From contig JAJYIR010000001.1 in NCBI GenBank assembly GCA_021789935.1, positions 75,807 to 139,806 on the forward strand: 64,000 nt of DNA, read 5' to 3'. The stretch is from Nitrospirota bacterium. Its GTDB lineage: Bacteria > Nitrospirota > Thermodesulfovibrionia > Thermodesulfovibrionales > JdFR-88. A program made the position numbers and the translations under genes. Positions 55,874-64,000 of the stretch are shown here, piece by piece. The notes beneath the pieces are model-generated. The model did not search any database and was not told where the DNA came from. It saw nothing but the letters and a program-made list of their open reading frames with translations. Position 1 is the stretch's first letter, and each line of letters starts with the position of its first letter.

Positions 55874-57370
55874 ATGACTTCACTTTTTATGTTATTATTC
55901 ATTCTGATGCTCAAGAATTATTTCCTCAATATTTCTCTCAACAAGAAACTCATTCTCATGATGCTTTTCCTGAGTTTCATGCTCCTTTCGATCCTGGCCT
56001 TCCTCTATGTGCAGGATGAAAAAAACCTGATAAACGATGTCACGCGGCGCACTGCGGACCTTTCCCAGGCCATACAGATCGGGGTGGAGGAGGTCACAAC
56101 GACCAACCAGCCCGGCAGGACTCCGGAACTCGAAAAATACCTCAGACATCTGAAAACAAAGGGAATCAACGAGATATCCATCATCAGCAACAACGACGAG
56201 ATAATAGCGAGCACCAACCCGAAGAAGGTGGGGGCCTCCCTCAGCCCTAAAAGAAAACAACTGATAATAAAGGCAGAGCTTGGCGAACCCGTATCGAATG
56301 AGGGCAAGACTTACAATGTCATCTTGCCCGTGGTGGCCGGCAAGGTCCACTACGGGTATGTGCACCTTACCATCAACGAGGAGGACTTCTCCGCCCTGCT
56401 CAGGCATAACCTGGTGAAAAAGGGCATCGCCGCCCTTGCCGTATTCCTGATCGGCACCGTTGCGGCCGTATTCCTCTCCTCGCGTTATACAAAACCCATC
56501 AACGAAATATCGGCCGCGGCAGACAAGGTAGCCGCGGGGGATTTCATCGAGATAGAACCCTCCGACAGAAAAGATGAGGTCGGAGTGCTCACAAGAAGTT
56601 TTAACCTGATGGTGCAGAGGCTCAGGGAAAACCGCCGCCTGGAGGAGAAACTGCGCGAGGCCGAACACCTTTCCGCCGTGGGACAGCTTTCCAGGAGCAT
56701 GGCCCACGAGATAAGGAACCCTCTTAATTTCATAAGCCTGAGCATAGACTACATAAGAGACAATTTTACGCCGGGGCAGGAGGCCGCCGCCGGGAAGTTC
56801 GACAACCTTATCTCAAGCATTAAGCAGGAGATATTCAGGCTGGACAAGCTTGTCCGGGACTTCCTCGATTACGGCAAGCCGCTTAAGCTGAACATGAAAC
56901 GCACGAACGTAAGCAGCCTGTTCGATGAGGTCTTTGCCATAATAAAGGCAAAGGCCGAGTCCGACAAGATAAAGGTAATGAGAAAATACGAATACCTGCC
57001 CGATATACTGATAGACCCTGATTTCATGAAAACCTGCATTTATAACATAGTGCTGAACGCTTTCCAGGCCATGCCGGATGGAGGCAAACTCACACTCATG
57101 AGCAGGAAGGAAGGGCATCGTGTTGTCCTTGCCATAAGCGACACCGGCCATGGCGTGCCTCAGGAGTACCTGGAAAAGATATTCGAGCCTTTCTTCACAA
57201 CAAAAAGCGACGGCTTGGGGCTTGGGCTGGCCACCACCAAACGCATAGTCGAGGAACACGGCGGGGAGATTTTTTTTGAAAGCACGCCCGGAACGGGCTC
57301 CAATATGATACTCAAGCTGCCGGTGCCTATGGAAAACGACGACATCGGCGTACTGGCTGGAAACGCATAG
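55874..57370 (+). CDS. Sensor histidine kinase (TM-periplasmic-TM, HAMP, HisKA, HATPase_c)
   Basis: HAMP (LTRSFNLMVQRLRE), H-box SMAHEIRNPLN, N-box NAFQAM, and G-boxes DTGHG and GLGLGLA. ATG 55874 preferred over the track's TTG at 55814. Confidence 0.85.
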   Translation: MTSLFMLLFILMLKNYFLNISLNKKLILMMLFLSFMLLSILAFLYVQDEKNLINDVTRRTADLSQAIQIGVEEVTTTNQPGRTPELEKYLRHLKTKGINEISIISNNDEIIASTNPKKVGASLSPKRKQLIIKAELGEPVSNEGKTYNVILPVVAGKVHYGYVHLTINEEDFSALLRHNLVKKGIAALAVFLIGTVAAVFLSSRYTKPINEISAAADKVAAGDFIEIEPSDRKDEVGVLTRSFNLMVQRLRENRRLEEKLREAEHLSAVGQLSRSMAHEIRNPLNFISLSIDYIRDNFTPGQEAAAGKFDNLISSIKQEIFRLDKLVRDFLDYGKPLKLNMKRTNVSSLFDEVFAIIKAKAESDKIKVMRKYEYLPDILIDPDFMKTCIYNIVLNAFQAMPDGGKLTLMSRKEGHRVVLAISDTGHGVPQEYLEKIFEPFFTTKSDGLGLGLATTKRIVEEHGGEIFFESTPGTGSNMILKLPVPMENDDIGVLAGNA

Positions 57371-57385
57371 GAGAGGAACTGCCGC

Positions 57386-58768
57386 ATGGCCATCATACTT
57401 GTTGTAGACGATGAGCCCCTGCAGAGGGACATACTTAAGAACATACTTTCTGATGCCGGGTATGAGACCTATACTGGGGCATCCGGGGAGGAGGCGCTGG
57501 AGATCGCCAGGACCGTCGGCCCCGATGTGGTGCTTACGGACCTGAAGATGAAGCAGCTAAACGGAATAGACCTGATGGAACAGATCAAAACCAGCAATGA
57601 CGAAACCGCAATAATAATAATGACCGCTTACGGGAGCGTGCCCACCGCGGTGGAGGCCATGAAGAAAGGGGCCTTCGATTATCTCTCAAAACCCCTTGAA
57701 AAAGAGATGGTTCTTCTTACCGTAAAGCGGGCCGCGCACACCGTTGAGCTTCTCAAGAAGAACCGGGAGCTGCAAAACGCACTGTTCAATAAATTCGGGG
57801 TCGAAGGAATAGTGGGCAATACCACGGAGATAAAGGCGGTCGTGGGCCTTGTGAAAAAGGTCAATGACAGTCCGGTCACCGTCCTGATACTGGGGGAGTC
57901 CGGCACGGGCAAGGAGCTTGTGGCCAGGGCCATCCACTACACCAGCACAAGGAGCACCAAACCTTTTACCGCTATCAACTGCGCCTCGATACCGGAAGCC
58001 TTGCTTGAAAGCGAGCTTTTCGGGTACGAACCCGGGGCCTTCACCGGGGCCAGCACCAGGAGGTCCGGGCTTTTCGAGGCGTCAAACGGGGGCACGATCT
58101 TTCTGGATGAGATTGGCGACCTTCCGCCGGCAACCCAGTCCAAGATACTCCGGGTGCTCCAGGAGAAGGAGCTGAGAAGACTGGGAGGGCGCGATACAAT
58201 AAAGGTAAACGTCAAGATAATCGCAGCCACCAATAAGGACCTCGAAAAAGAGATCAAAAGCGGACGGTTCAGGGAGGACCTCTATTACAGGCTGCGCGTC
58301 GTCACTATAGAGCTGCCCCCGTTAAGAGAGCGCAAGGAGGACATCCAGGCGCTTTCTGCCTATTTCCTGGAAAAATACAACAAGGAGTTCGGGCGCAGGA
58401 TAAAGAAAATAAACGACTCGGTCCTCAAGGCCTTCTCGGACTACCACTGGCCGGGGAATATAAGACAGCTTGAGGCCGTTATAGAAAGGGCTGTGCTTAT
58501 ATGCGACACGGACACAATAATGCTGTCCGACATTAAAGGGGAATTGAGGATCCGCAAAGCCGATGGGGCGATAGATATAGAGATCCCCGACGAGGGGCTT
58601 GTTTTCGATGATCTGGAAAAAGAACTCCTGAGAAAAGCCATGGCCAAGGCTGGAGGGGTAGCAGCCAGGGCCGCAAAGCTTCTGGGCATGAGCTACAAAA
58701 CCTTCTGGTACAGGTGGGAGAAGCTTTCGATGGAGAATTTATCCCCAAAAAAGGAAGATATTCCCTAA
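57386..58768 (+). CDS. Sigma-54-dependent response regulator (NtrC family)
   Basis: Receiver domain (VVDDEP...DLKM), AAA+ domain (GESGTGKE, GAFTGA, FLDEIG), C-terminal HTH. Confidence 0.95.
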   Translation: MAIILVVDDEPLQRDILKNILSDAGYETYTGASGEEALEIARTVGPDVVLTDLKMKQLNGIDLMEQIKTSNDETAIIIMTAYGSVPTAVEAMKKGAFDYLSKPLEKEMVLLTVKRAAHTVELLKKNRELQNALFNKFGVEGIVGNTTEIKAVVGLVKKVNDSPVTVLILGESGTGKELVARAIHYTSTRSTKPFTAINCASIPEALLESELFGYEPGAFTGASTRRSGLFEASNGGTIFLDEIGDLPPATQSKILRVLQEKELRRLGGRDTIKVNVKIIAATNKDLEKEIKSGRFREDLYYRLRVVTIELPPLRERKEDIQALSAYFLEKYNKEFGRRIKKINDSVLKAFSDYHWPGNIRQLEAVIERAVLICDTDTIMLSDIKGELRIRKADGAIDIEIPDEGLVFDDLEKELLRKAMAKAGGVAARAAKLLGMSYKTFWYRWEKLSMENLSPKKEDIP

Positions 58769-58872
58769 AAGAGGATATTTTTTCTCGCCTTGCCTTTTAA
58801 AGTTTCCTTGCTATCCTTACAAAAAGATTAAATCTCTTGCTTTTCCGGCCATCCTTCCATGGCAGGCTCTAA

Positions 58873-58887
58873 TGGCACAACTTTTGC
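58873..58887 (+). promoter_or_regulatory. Sigma-54 promoter (-24/-12)
   Basis: TGGCACAACTTTTGC is an exact match to TGGCAC-N5-TTGC. It lies about 55 nt upstream of the next ATG and directly downstream of the NtrC-type activator. Confidence 0.75.
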
Positions 58888-58941
58888 GTAAGAGTATACA
58901 GGTAAATCACGTAAGCTTAATGATGAAGGGAGGTGAATGCA

Positions 58942-59211
58942 ATGAAGAAAATATTAACGCTGGTAATGGCAGTCATGCTCGCGTTCTCACTGGCGGGCGT
59001 ATCCATCTCACAGGCTGCTAATACGTCCAAGACCGCCGCGCCGGCCAAGACGATGAAGCACAAGGCCGCTAAGAAGAAGGCCGTAAGGCACAAAAAGGTC
59101 GCCAAGAAGAAAGTCATAAGACACAAAAAGGCCGCCAAGAAGAAAGTTGTAAAGCACAAAAAGGCCAAGAAGGCCGCGAAAAAGAAAGAAGCCGCACCTG
59201 CTGCAAAATAA
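58942..59211 (+). CDS. Secreted poly-lysine repeat protein (89 aa)
   Basis: Signal peptide MKKILTLVMAVMLAFSLAGVSISQA, followed by HKK[AV]AKKK[AV][VI][RK] repeats and a KKKEAAPAAK tail. Confidence 0.65.
   Translation: MKKILTLVMAVMLAFSLAGVSISQAANTSKTAAPAKTMKHKAAKKKAVRHKKVAKKKVIRHKKAAKKKVVKHKKAKKAAKKKEAAPAAK
59059..59187 (+). repeat. In-frame tandem repeat of about 33 bp (four units) encoding the lysine-rich repeats
   Basis: Units start with CAC at 59059, 59089, 59122 and 59155. For example, CACAAAAAGGTCGCCAAGAAGAAAGTCATAAGA is followed by CACAAAAAGGCCGCCAAGAAGAAAGTTGTAAAG. Confidence 0.85.
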
Positions 59212-59247
59212 TGAAGCCCCTTTAAAGTGAACGGGCTGTAAAGAATC

Positions 59248-59288
59248 GGTAGCGGGTATTGTTTTTTAAAAAAACTGTACCCGCTACC
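59248..59288. terminator. 41-bp near-perfect palindrome between the two small genes (attenuator, terminator or protein site)
   Basis: GGTAGCGGGTAttGTTTTTT pairs with AAAAAActgTACCCGCTACC. Confidence 0.45.
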
Positions 59289-59318
59289 CAACAAATTGAT
59301 ACTAGGAGACGAAACACA

Positions 59319-59768
59319 ATGAAGAAAATATTTTCTCTTATAGTGGCAGTTGCTTTCGCCCTGTCGCTTGCGGGCGCAGCCTTCGCGGCTGATGCCGGCA
59401 CCACCAGTGCCACGGCCCCAAAGACCAAGAAAGTAATGAAGCATAAGAAAGCCGTCAAGAAGACCGCCAGGCTGAAATATGTCTATGGCGAGGTTACCGC
59501 TGTGGATTCAACGGCGGGGACCCTTACGTTAAAAAGCAGGAAGGGTGAGGTTTCCCTGGACACCACCGCCAAAACCATGATACATCAGGGCAGGAAGAAG
59601 ATCACTCTTGCCGATATCAAGGCTGGCGACAAGGTGTCGGCCAGGTACTCTGAGGTCAAAGGCAAGAACGTGGCAAAGAGCGTCTACATGAGACCCGTTG
59701 CAGCGAAGAAGGCCAAGAAAGCCAAGAAGGCAGCGAAAAAGAAAGAAGCCGCGCCTGCTTCAAAATAA
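59319..59768 (+). CDS. Secreted protein with a central beta-rich (DUF5666-like) domain and lysine-rich ends; paralogous tail to the 58942 gene
   Basis: AGGAG SD. Signal peptide MKKIFSLIVAVAFALSLAGAAFA. GEVTAVDSTAGTLTLKSRKGEVSL...ADIKAGDKVSARY. Tail KKKEAAPASK. Confidence 0.65.
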   Translation: MKKIFSLIVAVAFALSLAGAAFAADAGTTSATAPKTKKVMKHKKAVKKTARLKYVYGEVTAVDSTAGTLTLKSRKGEVSLDTTAKTMIHQGRKKITLADIKAGDKVSARYSEVKGKNVAKSVYMRPVAAKKAKKAKKAAKKKEAAPASK

Positions 59769-59788
59769 GCAAAAAATCCATTAAAAAT

Positions 59789-59829
59789 AAAAAAGGGGCT
59801 TTTTTGTTTTTTAAAAAAGCCCCTTTTTT
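59789..59829. terminator. Bidirectional rho-independent terminator
   Basis: AAAAAAGGGGCTTTTTT pairs with AAAAAAGCCCCTTTTTT. Confidence 0.75.
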
Positions 59830-59870
59830 ATTCAGCTTGACCGGTTTTGCCCGTGTTGATATCATTTTCC

Positions 59871-60329
59871 ATGACCACAAAAAAGGGCCGAAAGCTCATT
59901 ATTTCCTTCCGCATCCCCCTGTCCGTCTCCGCCCTGGCGCTTTCCGTGGTACTTGCCTGCGGGCAGGCATACGCCCTTACCTCGCGGGACCTTATAAGGC
60001 TTAAACAGGCCGGAGTGCCCGAAAATCTGATCTCCCTGATGCTTTACAGCGGATACGAAAACGCGGACGAGGTGATATCTCTTGAAAAGGCAGGCTTCGG
60101 GGCTGCGACCATAAAGGCCTTCATCCTGTCAAACGGCGGAGAAAGAGGCGATATCGTTTACTCCACAAAAGGACTTTTTACCGAGGACTTGCCGCCCTGC
60201 GGCGGGCAAAACGCCTATGGCCCTTACTGGCGGGACATGCTTCCGGATATGAAACTCTTCATATCCCCTGAAGGCAAGAGTGAGCAGGGCCAGGGGAAAA
60301 GCGTGCCGCATAACACGAATTCCAAATAG
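59871..60329 (+). CDS. Hypothetical exported protein / lipoprotein
   Basis: Signal peptide with LAC (possible lipobox VVLAC). No recognisable family. Confidence 0.5.
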   Translation: MTTKKGRKLIISFRIPLSVSALALSVVLACGQAYALTSRDLIRLKQAGVPENLISLMLYSGYENADEVISLEKAGFGAATIKAFILSNGGERGDIVYSTKGLFTEDLPPCGGQNAYGPYWRDMLPDMKLFISPEGKSEQGQGKSVPHNTNSK

Positions 60330-60343
60330 AGAAAACAAAAACC

Positions 60344-60688
60344 TCAGGTTAGCCAGAAGCTCCTTATGGCAAATATCGCCAGTGCCACGAGGAAATAAAG
60401 CACAATCCCGATAATAAGCGAAGGGACAAAACCGATCCTGGGCGTAAGCAATATTACGGAAAATATATATGAAAACCATGGGACAAGCATAATGACAAGC
60501 CCCGATGCGTAAGGGACGACCGCCTTGGGCCCGGATTCCATGTAAATGGTAATGAAGGTCAGGGCGGTAATTGTTGGCATATTCGCGAGAAAAGCCGCCC
60601 AAAGCCCCCTGGCGTGGCCTGCCAGGTATGTGACAGAGCTGACTACTACCCCGCCGGTCACAAAATAAAAGACATATTTCATCCACAC
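60344..60688 (-). CDS. Small 4-TM membrane protein (GlpM/DUF3147-like, tentative)
   Basis: Hydrophobic pattern only. Confidence 0.5.
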   Translation of the reverse strand: MWMKYVFYFVTGGVVVSSVTYLAGHARGLWAAFLANMPTITALTFITIYMESGPKAVVPYASGLVIMLVPWFSYIFSVILLTPRIGFVPSLIIGIVLYFLVALAIFAIRSFWLT

Positions 60689-60739
60689 ACTGTATATCCC
60701 ATCCCGATATATATCCCGTCCTAAAAGTATGGCCTTTTA

Positions 60740-62305
60740 TTATACCTTCCGGCCCTTGACGAAAGAGGTGTGCTGCTGCCAGTTCCCTTCCTTCCCGGGG
60801 TAGTCCGAACGAAAGTGCGCCCCCACGCTGTTTTTTCTTAAGCGGGCGGCTCGAATGATGAGGGCGGAGATATCTATCATGTTCTTAAGCTCTATCTCCC
60901 TTCTGGATAGGAAGGATTTCCCGGTGATGTACCGCCACCTTTCGATCTTTTCTTCGGCCTCCAGGAGTGAATCCTCATTCCTTATGATGCCGGCATTTTG
61001 CCACATGAGTCTCCTTAAATCGCCCCTTATCTCGTCATGAGCCGGTATGGAATGGGGCTGCACGGAAGGGAACGAGAAGGCCTTTTCCTTTTCCGAAACC
61101 TCCGCAGACGGCAGTGCGTTTTCCTCCGCAGACTGGCCTGCCCGCTTGCCGTAGACCAGGCCCTCCAGCAGGCTGTTGCTGGCAAGCCTGTTTGCCCCGT
61201 GCACGCCGGTGCAGGCCGCCTCACCGGCGGCGAAAAGCCCCTTTATGTTCGTGCGGCCCATGACGTCGGTCCTGACCCCGCCCATCATGTAATGGGCCGC
61301 CGGACAAACCGGTATCGGCTGCGCTGTTATATCGAATCCGTATCTCAGGCAGGTTGAAAAAACCCGCGGGAAACGCCCTTTCACAAAGTCCGCCCCCATG
61401 TGTCTCAAATCCAGGTAGACATGTTCCGACCCGGTGTGGCCCATCTCCGTAAATATGGCCCTGGAAACTATATCCCTTGGGGCCAACTCCATCTCCTGGT
61501 GATACCGGGACATAAAAGGCTCCATCCTGACGTTAAGGAGCTTTCCTCCCTCGCCGCGCAGGGCCTCCGTCAGCAGGAAATGGGGTGCGGACGGCAGGTA
61601 AAGGCTCGTCGGATGGAACTGCACGAACTCCATGTCCTCCAGTACCGCTCCGGCCCTGTAAGCCACTGCATACCCGTCTCCGGTGGCAACCTGGGGGTTT
61701 GTGGTTATGGAATAGACCTGGCCAAGCCCCCCGGTGGCAAGGACCGTGGCCCTGGCAAAGATCGCAAGTGGCCTGCGTTCTGAAACGACAACAGCGCCGT
61801 AACAGGTCCCGTCTTCCACTATCAAATCGACCGCGAGGGTAAAAGGAAGGCGTTTTATGGAAGGTATGGTGCGTACCTTGTCGATTAGCACACGCTCAAG
61901 CTCCTTGCCCGTGGAATCCCCGCCGGCATGCAGTATCCTTTTTCTCGAATGGGCGGCCTCCAGCCCGAAGGCAAGTTTTTGTTTCTTCGCCCCCTCCTTG
62001 TCGAACTCCGCCCCCCATGATATAAGCTCCAGGATGCGCTCCGGGCCCTCCTCCACAAGGACCTTCACAGCCTCTTCCCGGCACAGGCCGTCCCCTGCCC
62101 TCAGCGTGTCCTCATAATGAATGCCCACTTCGTCCTCGTCGCTTAAGGCCACGGCTATGCCGCCCTGGGCATATTCGGTGCTGCTTTCGGTGGGAACGTC
62201 CTTCGTGATGACAGTCACCCGGCCCACGGAAGACAACTCTATGGCGGCCCTCAGGCCCGCCACCCCGCTGCCAACGACAAGAAAATCCGTCTGCTCCCTG
62301 TTCAT
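60740..62305 (-). CDS. nadB: L-aspartate oxidase
   Basis: FAD motif DFLVVGSGVAGL, HYMMGG and GANRLASNSLLE. Confidence 0.95.
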   Translation of the reverse strand: MNREQTDFLVVGSGVAGLRAAIELSSVGRVTVITKDVPTESSTEYAQGGIAVALSDEDEVGIHYEDTLRAGDGLCREEAVKVLVEEGPERILELISWGAEFDKEGAKKQKLAFGLEAAHSRKRILHAGGDSTGKELERVLIDKVRTIPSIKRLPFTLAVDLIVEDGTCYGAVVVSERRPLAIFARATVLATGGLGQVYSITTNPQVATGDGYAVAYRAGAVLEDMEFVQFHPTSLYLPSAPHFLLTEALRGEGGKLLNVRMEPFMSRYHQEMELAPRDIVSRAIFTEMGHTGSEHVYLDLRHMGADFVKGRFPRVFSTCLRYGFDITAQPIPVCPAAHYMMGGVRTDVMGRTNIKGLFAAGEAACTGVHGANRLASNSLLEGLVYGKRAGQSAEENALPSAEVSEKEKAFSFPSVQPHSIPAHDEIRGDLRRLMWQNAGIIRNEDSLLEAEEKIERWRYITGKSFLSRREIELKNMIDISALIIRAARLRKNSVGAHFRSDYPGKEGNWQQHTSFVKGRKV

Positions 62306-62339
62306 TCCACCTTCCCGGTCCCGGCGTCCAGCCGCACCT

Positions 62340-63989
62340 TTATGTCGGACATATTATATCTCCCATCATCCCGGACAGCTTCAGGTTCTCGCCATAATCC
62401 ACGGGGCAGTCTATTACCGATATGCCCCTGGTCTTCAGGGCGTCCCTGAGTATCGGCCCCAATTCACTTTCCTTTTCCACCCTGTAGCCCCTTGCATTGA
62501 ACGACTCGGCAAGTTTTACGAAATCCGGGTTCCCGAACTCCGTGAAGAACTCCTCTCCGAACCTGGCCCTTTCTTTCCACCCTATAAGGCCGTAGCCTCC
62601 ATCGTTCCATATGACGACTGTAAAAGACAGACTCAGCCTGGACGCCGTCTCCAGCTCGGACATGGACATAAGGAACCCGCCGTCGCCGACCGCGGCGATA
62701 ACTTTTCTTTCGGGGCATAATATCTTTGCGGCGATGGCCGACGGGATGGCGAACCCCATCGAGGCAAGCCCGTTTGAAATAAGAACGGTGCCGGGGCTCA
62801 TGGCCTCATAGAAGCGCGCGATCCAGGCCTTGTGAGCTCCCACATCGCTGACAAGCACGTCTTTTTTGCCCAGAACGCCTCGCATCTCGCTGACAAGCCT
62901 TAGCGGCTTTACCGGCCAGCCGGACAGCGAAAGCGGCATACCCTTCCTCTCCAGCTCTTTAAGACGCACAAAAAATGAGGGTTCCTTCGGGGCCTTGCCG
63001 GTTTTTGCCATTTTTGCCCTCACCAGCTTGGAAAGCGTGCGCCTTATGTCTCCCACAAGCTCAAAACTCTGGTAGGCGGCGTCGGTCTCGGCCGGCGTGG
63101 CGCTTATGTGTATTACCGCTTTCCGCCCCGCGCCTTCCTTCCGCCAGTAACGCGGGCTGAACTCCACGGGGTCATAACCCACGGTGATGATAAGGTCTGC
63201 TTTTTCCAATCCGCAGGATATGTAATCCTTCTGCTGAAGCCCCACTGTGGATATGAAAAGCTCTTCATCCGACGGTACCGCCCCCATGGCCATAAAGGTG
63301 GTCGCCAGGGGTATCATGAATTTTCTCATGAATTTAAGGAGTTCCCTGCTTGCCCCGGCCCTTATGACGCCCCCTCCGGCTATGACCACAGGGTTTTTGG
63401 CTTCCTCTATCATCCCGAGGGCCGTCTTTACAGCGTCTTCCGGGGGCTCGGGGTAACGTATCGGGACGGGTTGCATAGGCTCCTGGGAGCCAGCGTCCGC
63501 TGAGGCAACGTCTTCGGGAAGTTCAAGGTGCGTTGGTCCCGGCTTTTCGGTCTGCGCAACCCTGAAAGCCTTCCTCACTATCTCCGGGACGTTTTTCCCG
63601 CCGATGCTCGCCCCCCATTTGGTCACCGGCTTGTAAATGGAAAAGACATCCACATACTGGTGGGCTTCCTTGAACGTCTCGGAGAGGTTTTTCTGAGCCG
63701 TTATCGCCACCAGCGGCGAGAAATCCAGAAATGCGTCGGCAACCCCCAGCAGCATGTTGATCGCGCCCGGGCCCAAGGTTGAAACGCACACGCCGGGCCT
63801 GCCAGTCAGCCTGCCCCACGCCGCGGCCATAAAAGAGGCGCCCCTCTCGTCCCTCGTCACCACGAGCTCCATCCTGCCGGATTTTTTTATGGCATGGAGA
63901 AACTCCAGGTTCTCCTCACCCGGAAGGCCGAAGACGTACCGGACCCCTTCGTTTTCAAGACAGCTGACAAGAAGCTGGGCTACATTCAT
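62340..63989 (-). CDS. Thiamine-diphosphate enzyme, acetolactate synthase large-subunit-like
   Basis: N-terminal VRYVFGLPGEENLEF...GPGAINML, and the TPP motif GDGGF...NDGGYG. Confidence 0.85.
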   Translation of the reverse strand: MNVAQLLVSCLENEGVRYVFGLPGEENLEFLHAIKKSGRMELVVTRDERGASFMAAAWGRLTGRPGVCVSTLGPGAINMLLGVADAFLDFSPLVAITAQKNLSETFKEAHQYVDVFSIYKPVTKWGASIGGKNVPEIVRKAFRVAQTEKPGPTHLELPEDVASADAGSQEPMQPVPIRYPEPPEDAVKTALGMIEEAKNPVVIAGGGVIRAGASRELLKFMRKFMIPLATTFMAMGAVPSDEELFISTVGLQQKDYISCGLEKADLIITVGYDPVEFSPRYWRKEGAGRKAVIHISATPAETDAAYQSFELVGDIRRTLSKLVRAKMAKTGKAPKEPSFFVRLKELERKGMPLSLSGWPVKPLRLVSEMRGVLGKKDVLVSDVGAHKAWIARFYEAMSPGTVLISNGLASMGFAIPSAIAAKILCPERKVIAAVGDGGFLMSMSELETASRLSLSFTVVIWNDGGYGLIGWKERARFGEEFFTEFGNPDFVKLAESFNARGYRVEKESELGPILRDALKTRGISVIDCPVDYGENLKLSGMMGDIICPT

Positions 63990-64000
63990 TTAAGTGCGGT

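Overview
This is a 64 kb chromosomal window from a Gram-negative-type, probably anaerobic bacterium; I cannot assign a lineage. All calls come from reading the ORF translations and the DNA by eye, with no database search. Supporting features are sigma-54 regulation, a PEP-CTERM protein, RND/TolC efflux, NuoN, DsrE-like proteins and rubredoxin.

Most of the window is conserved housekeeping: nuoN, uppS-cdsA, xerC, phoH/HD-hydrolase/ybeY/dgkA, queA, queH, yggS-proC-yggT-divIVA, hisS, rpmH-yidD-yidC, pdxA, trpS, pckA, scpB, guaB, nadB. The ORF track also contains many long antisense 'shadow' ORFs, which I reject.

Three regions look accessory:
- (1) About 6.96-12.15 kb is a visibly AT-rich cassette. 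On its left is a truncated Mrr-type restriction gene. On its right is an IS91-family (HUH/Y2) transposase plus tyrosine-integrase element, next to xerC. The cassette holds three tightly coupled genes: a zinc-ribbon protein, an unplaceable 199-aa protein, and a 470-aa protein ending in an RNxxxH HEPN motif. This is my best candidate for an undescribed defence or abortive-infection system.
- (2) About 39.4-46.4 kb is an AT-rich patch (small membrane protein, zinc-ribbon protein, SLT transglycosylase) followed by a HlyD + 2 ATPase + 2 ABC-2 permease operon. Its codon usage differs from the neighbouring genes.
- (3) About 55.9-59.8 kb is a histidine kinase / NtrC-type activator pair followed by a near-consensus sigma-54 promoter. 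That promoter drives two paralogous secreted poly-lysine proteins, one built from 33-bp tandem repeats.

Smaller observations:
- a TatD-radical SAM fusion
- rpmH directly followed by yidD, with no rnpA
- a uORF and an SD-occluding hairpin before yidC
- three genes missing from the ORF track: the edge-truncated nuoN, plus a rubredoxin and a 55-aa DsrH-like ORF that are probably just too short for it
- a DgkA-PAP2 fusion
- repeat-flanked promoters

I saw no rRNA, tRNA or CRISPR array.
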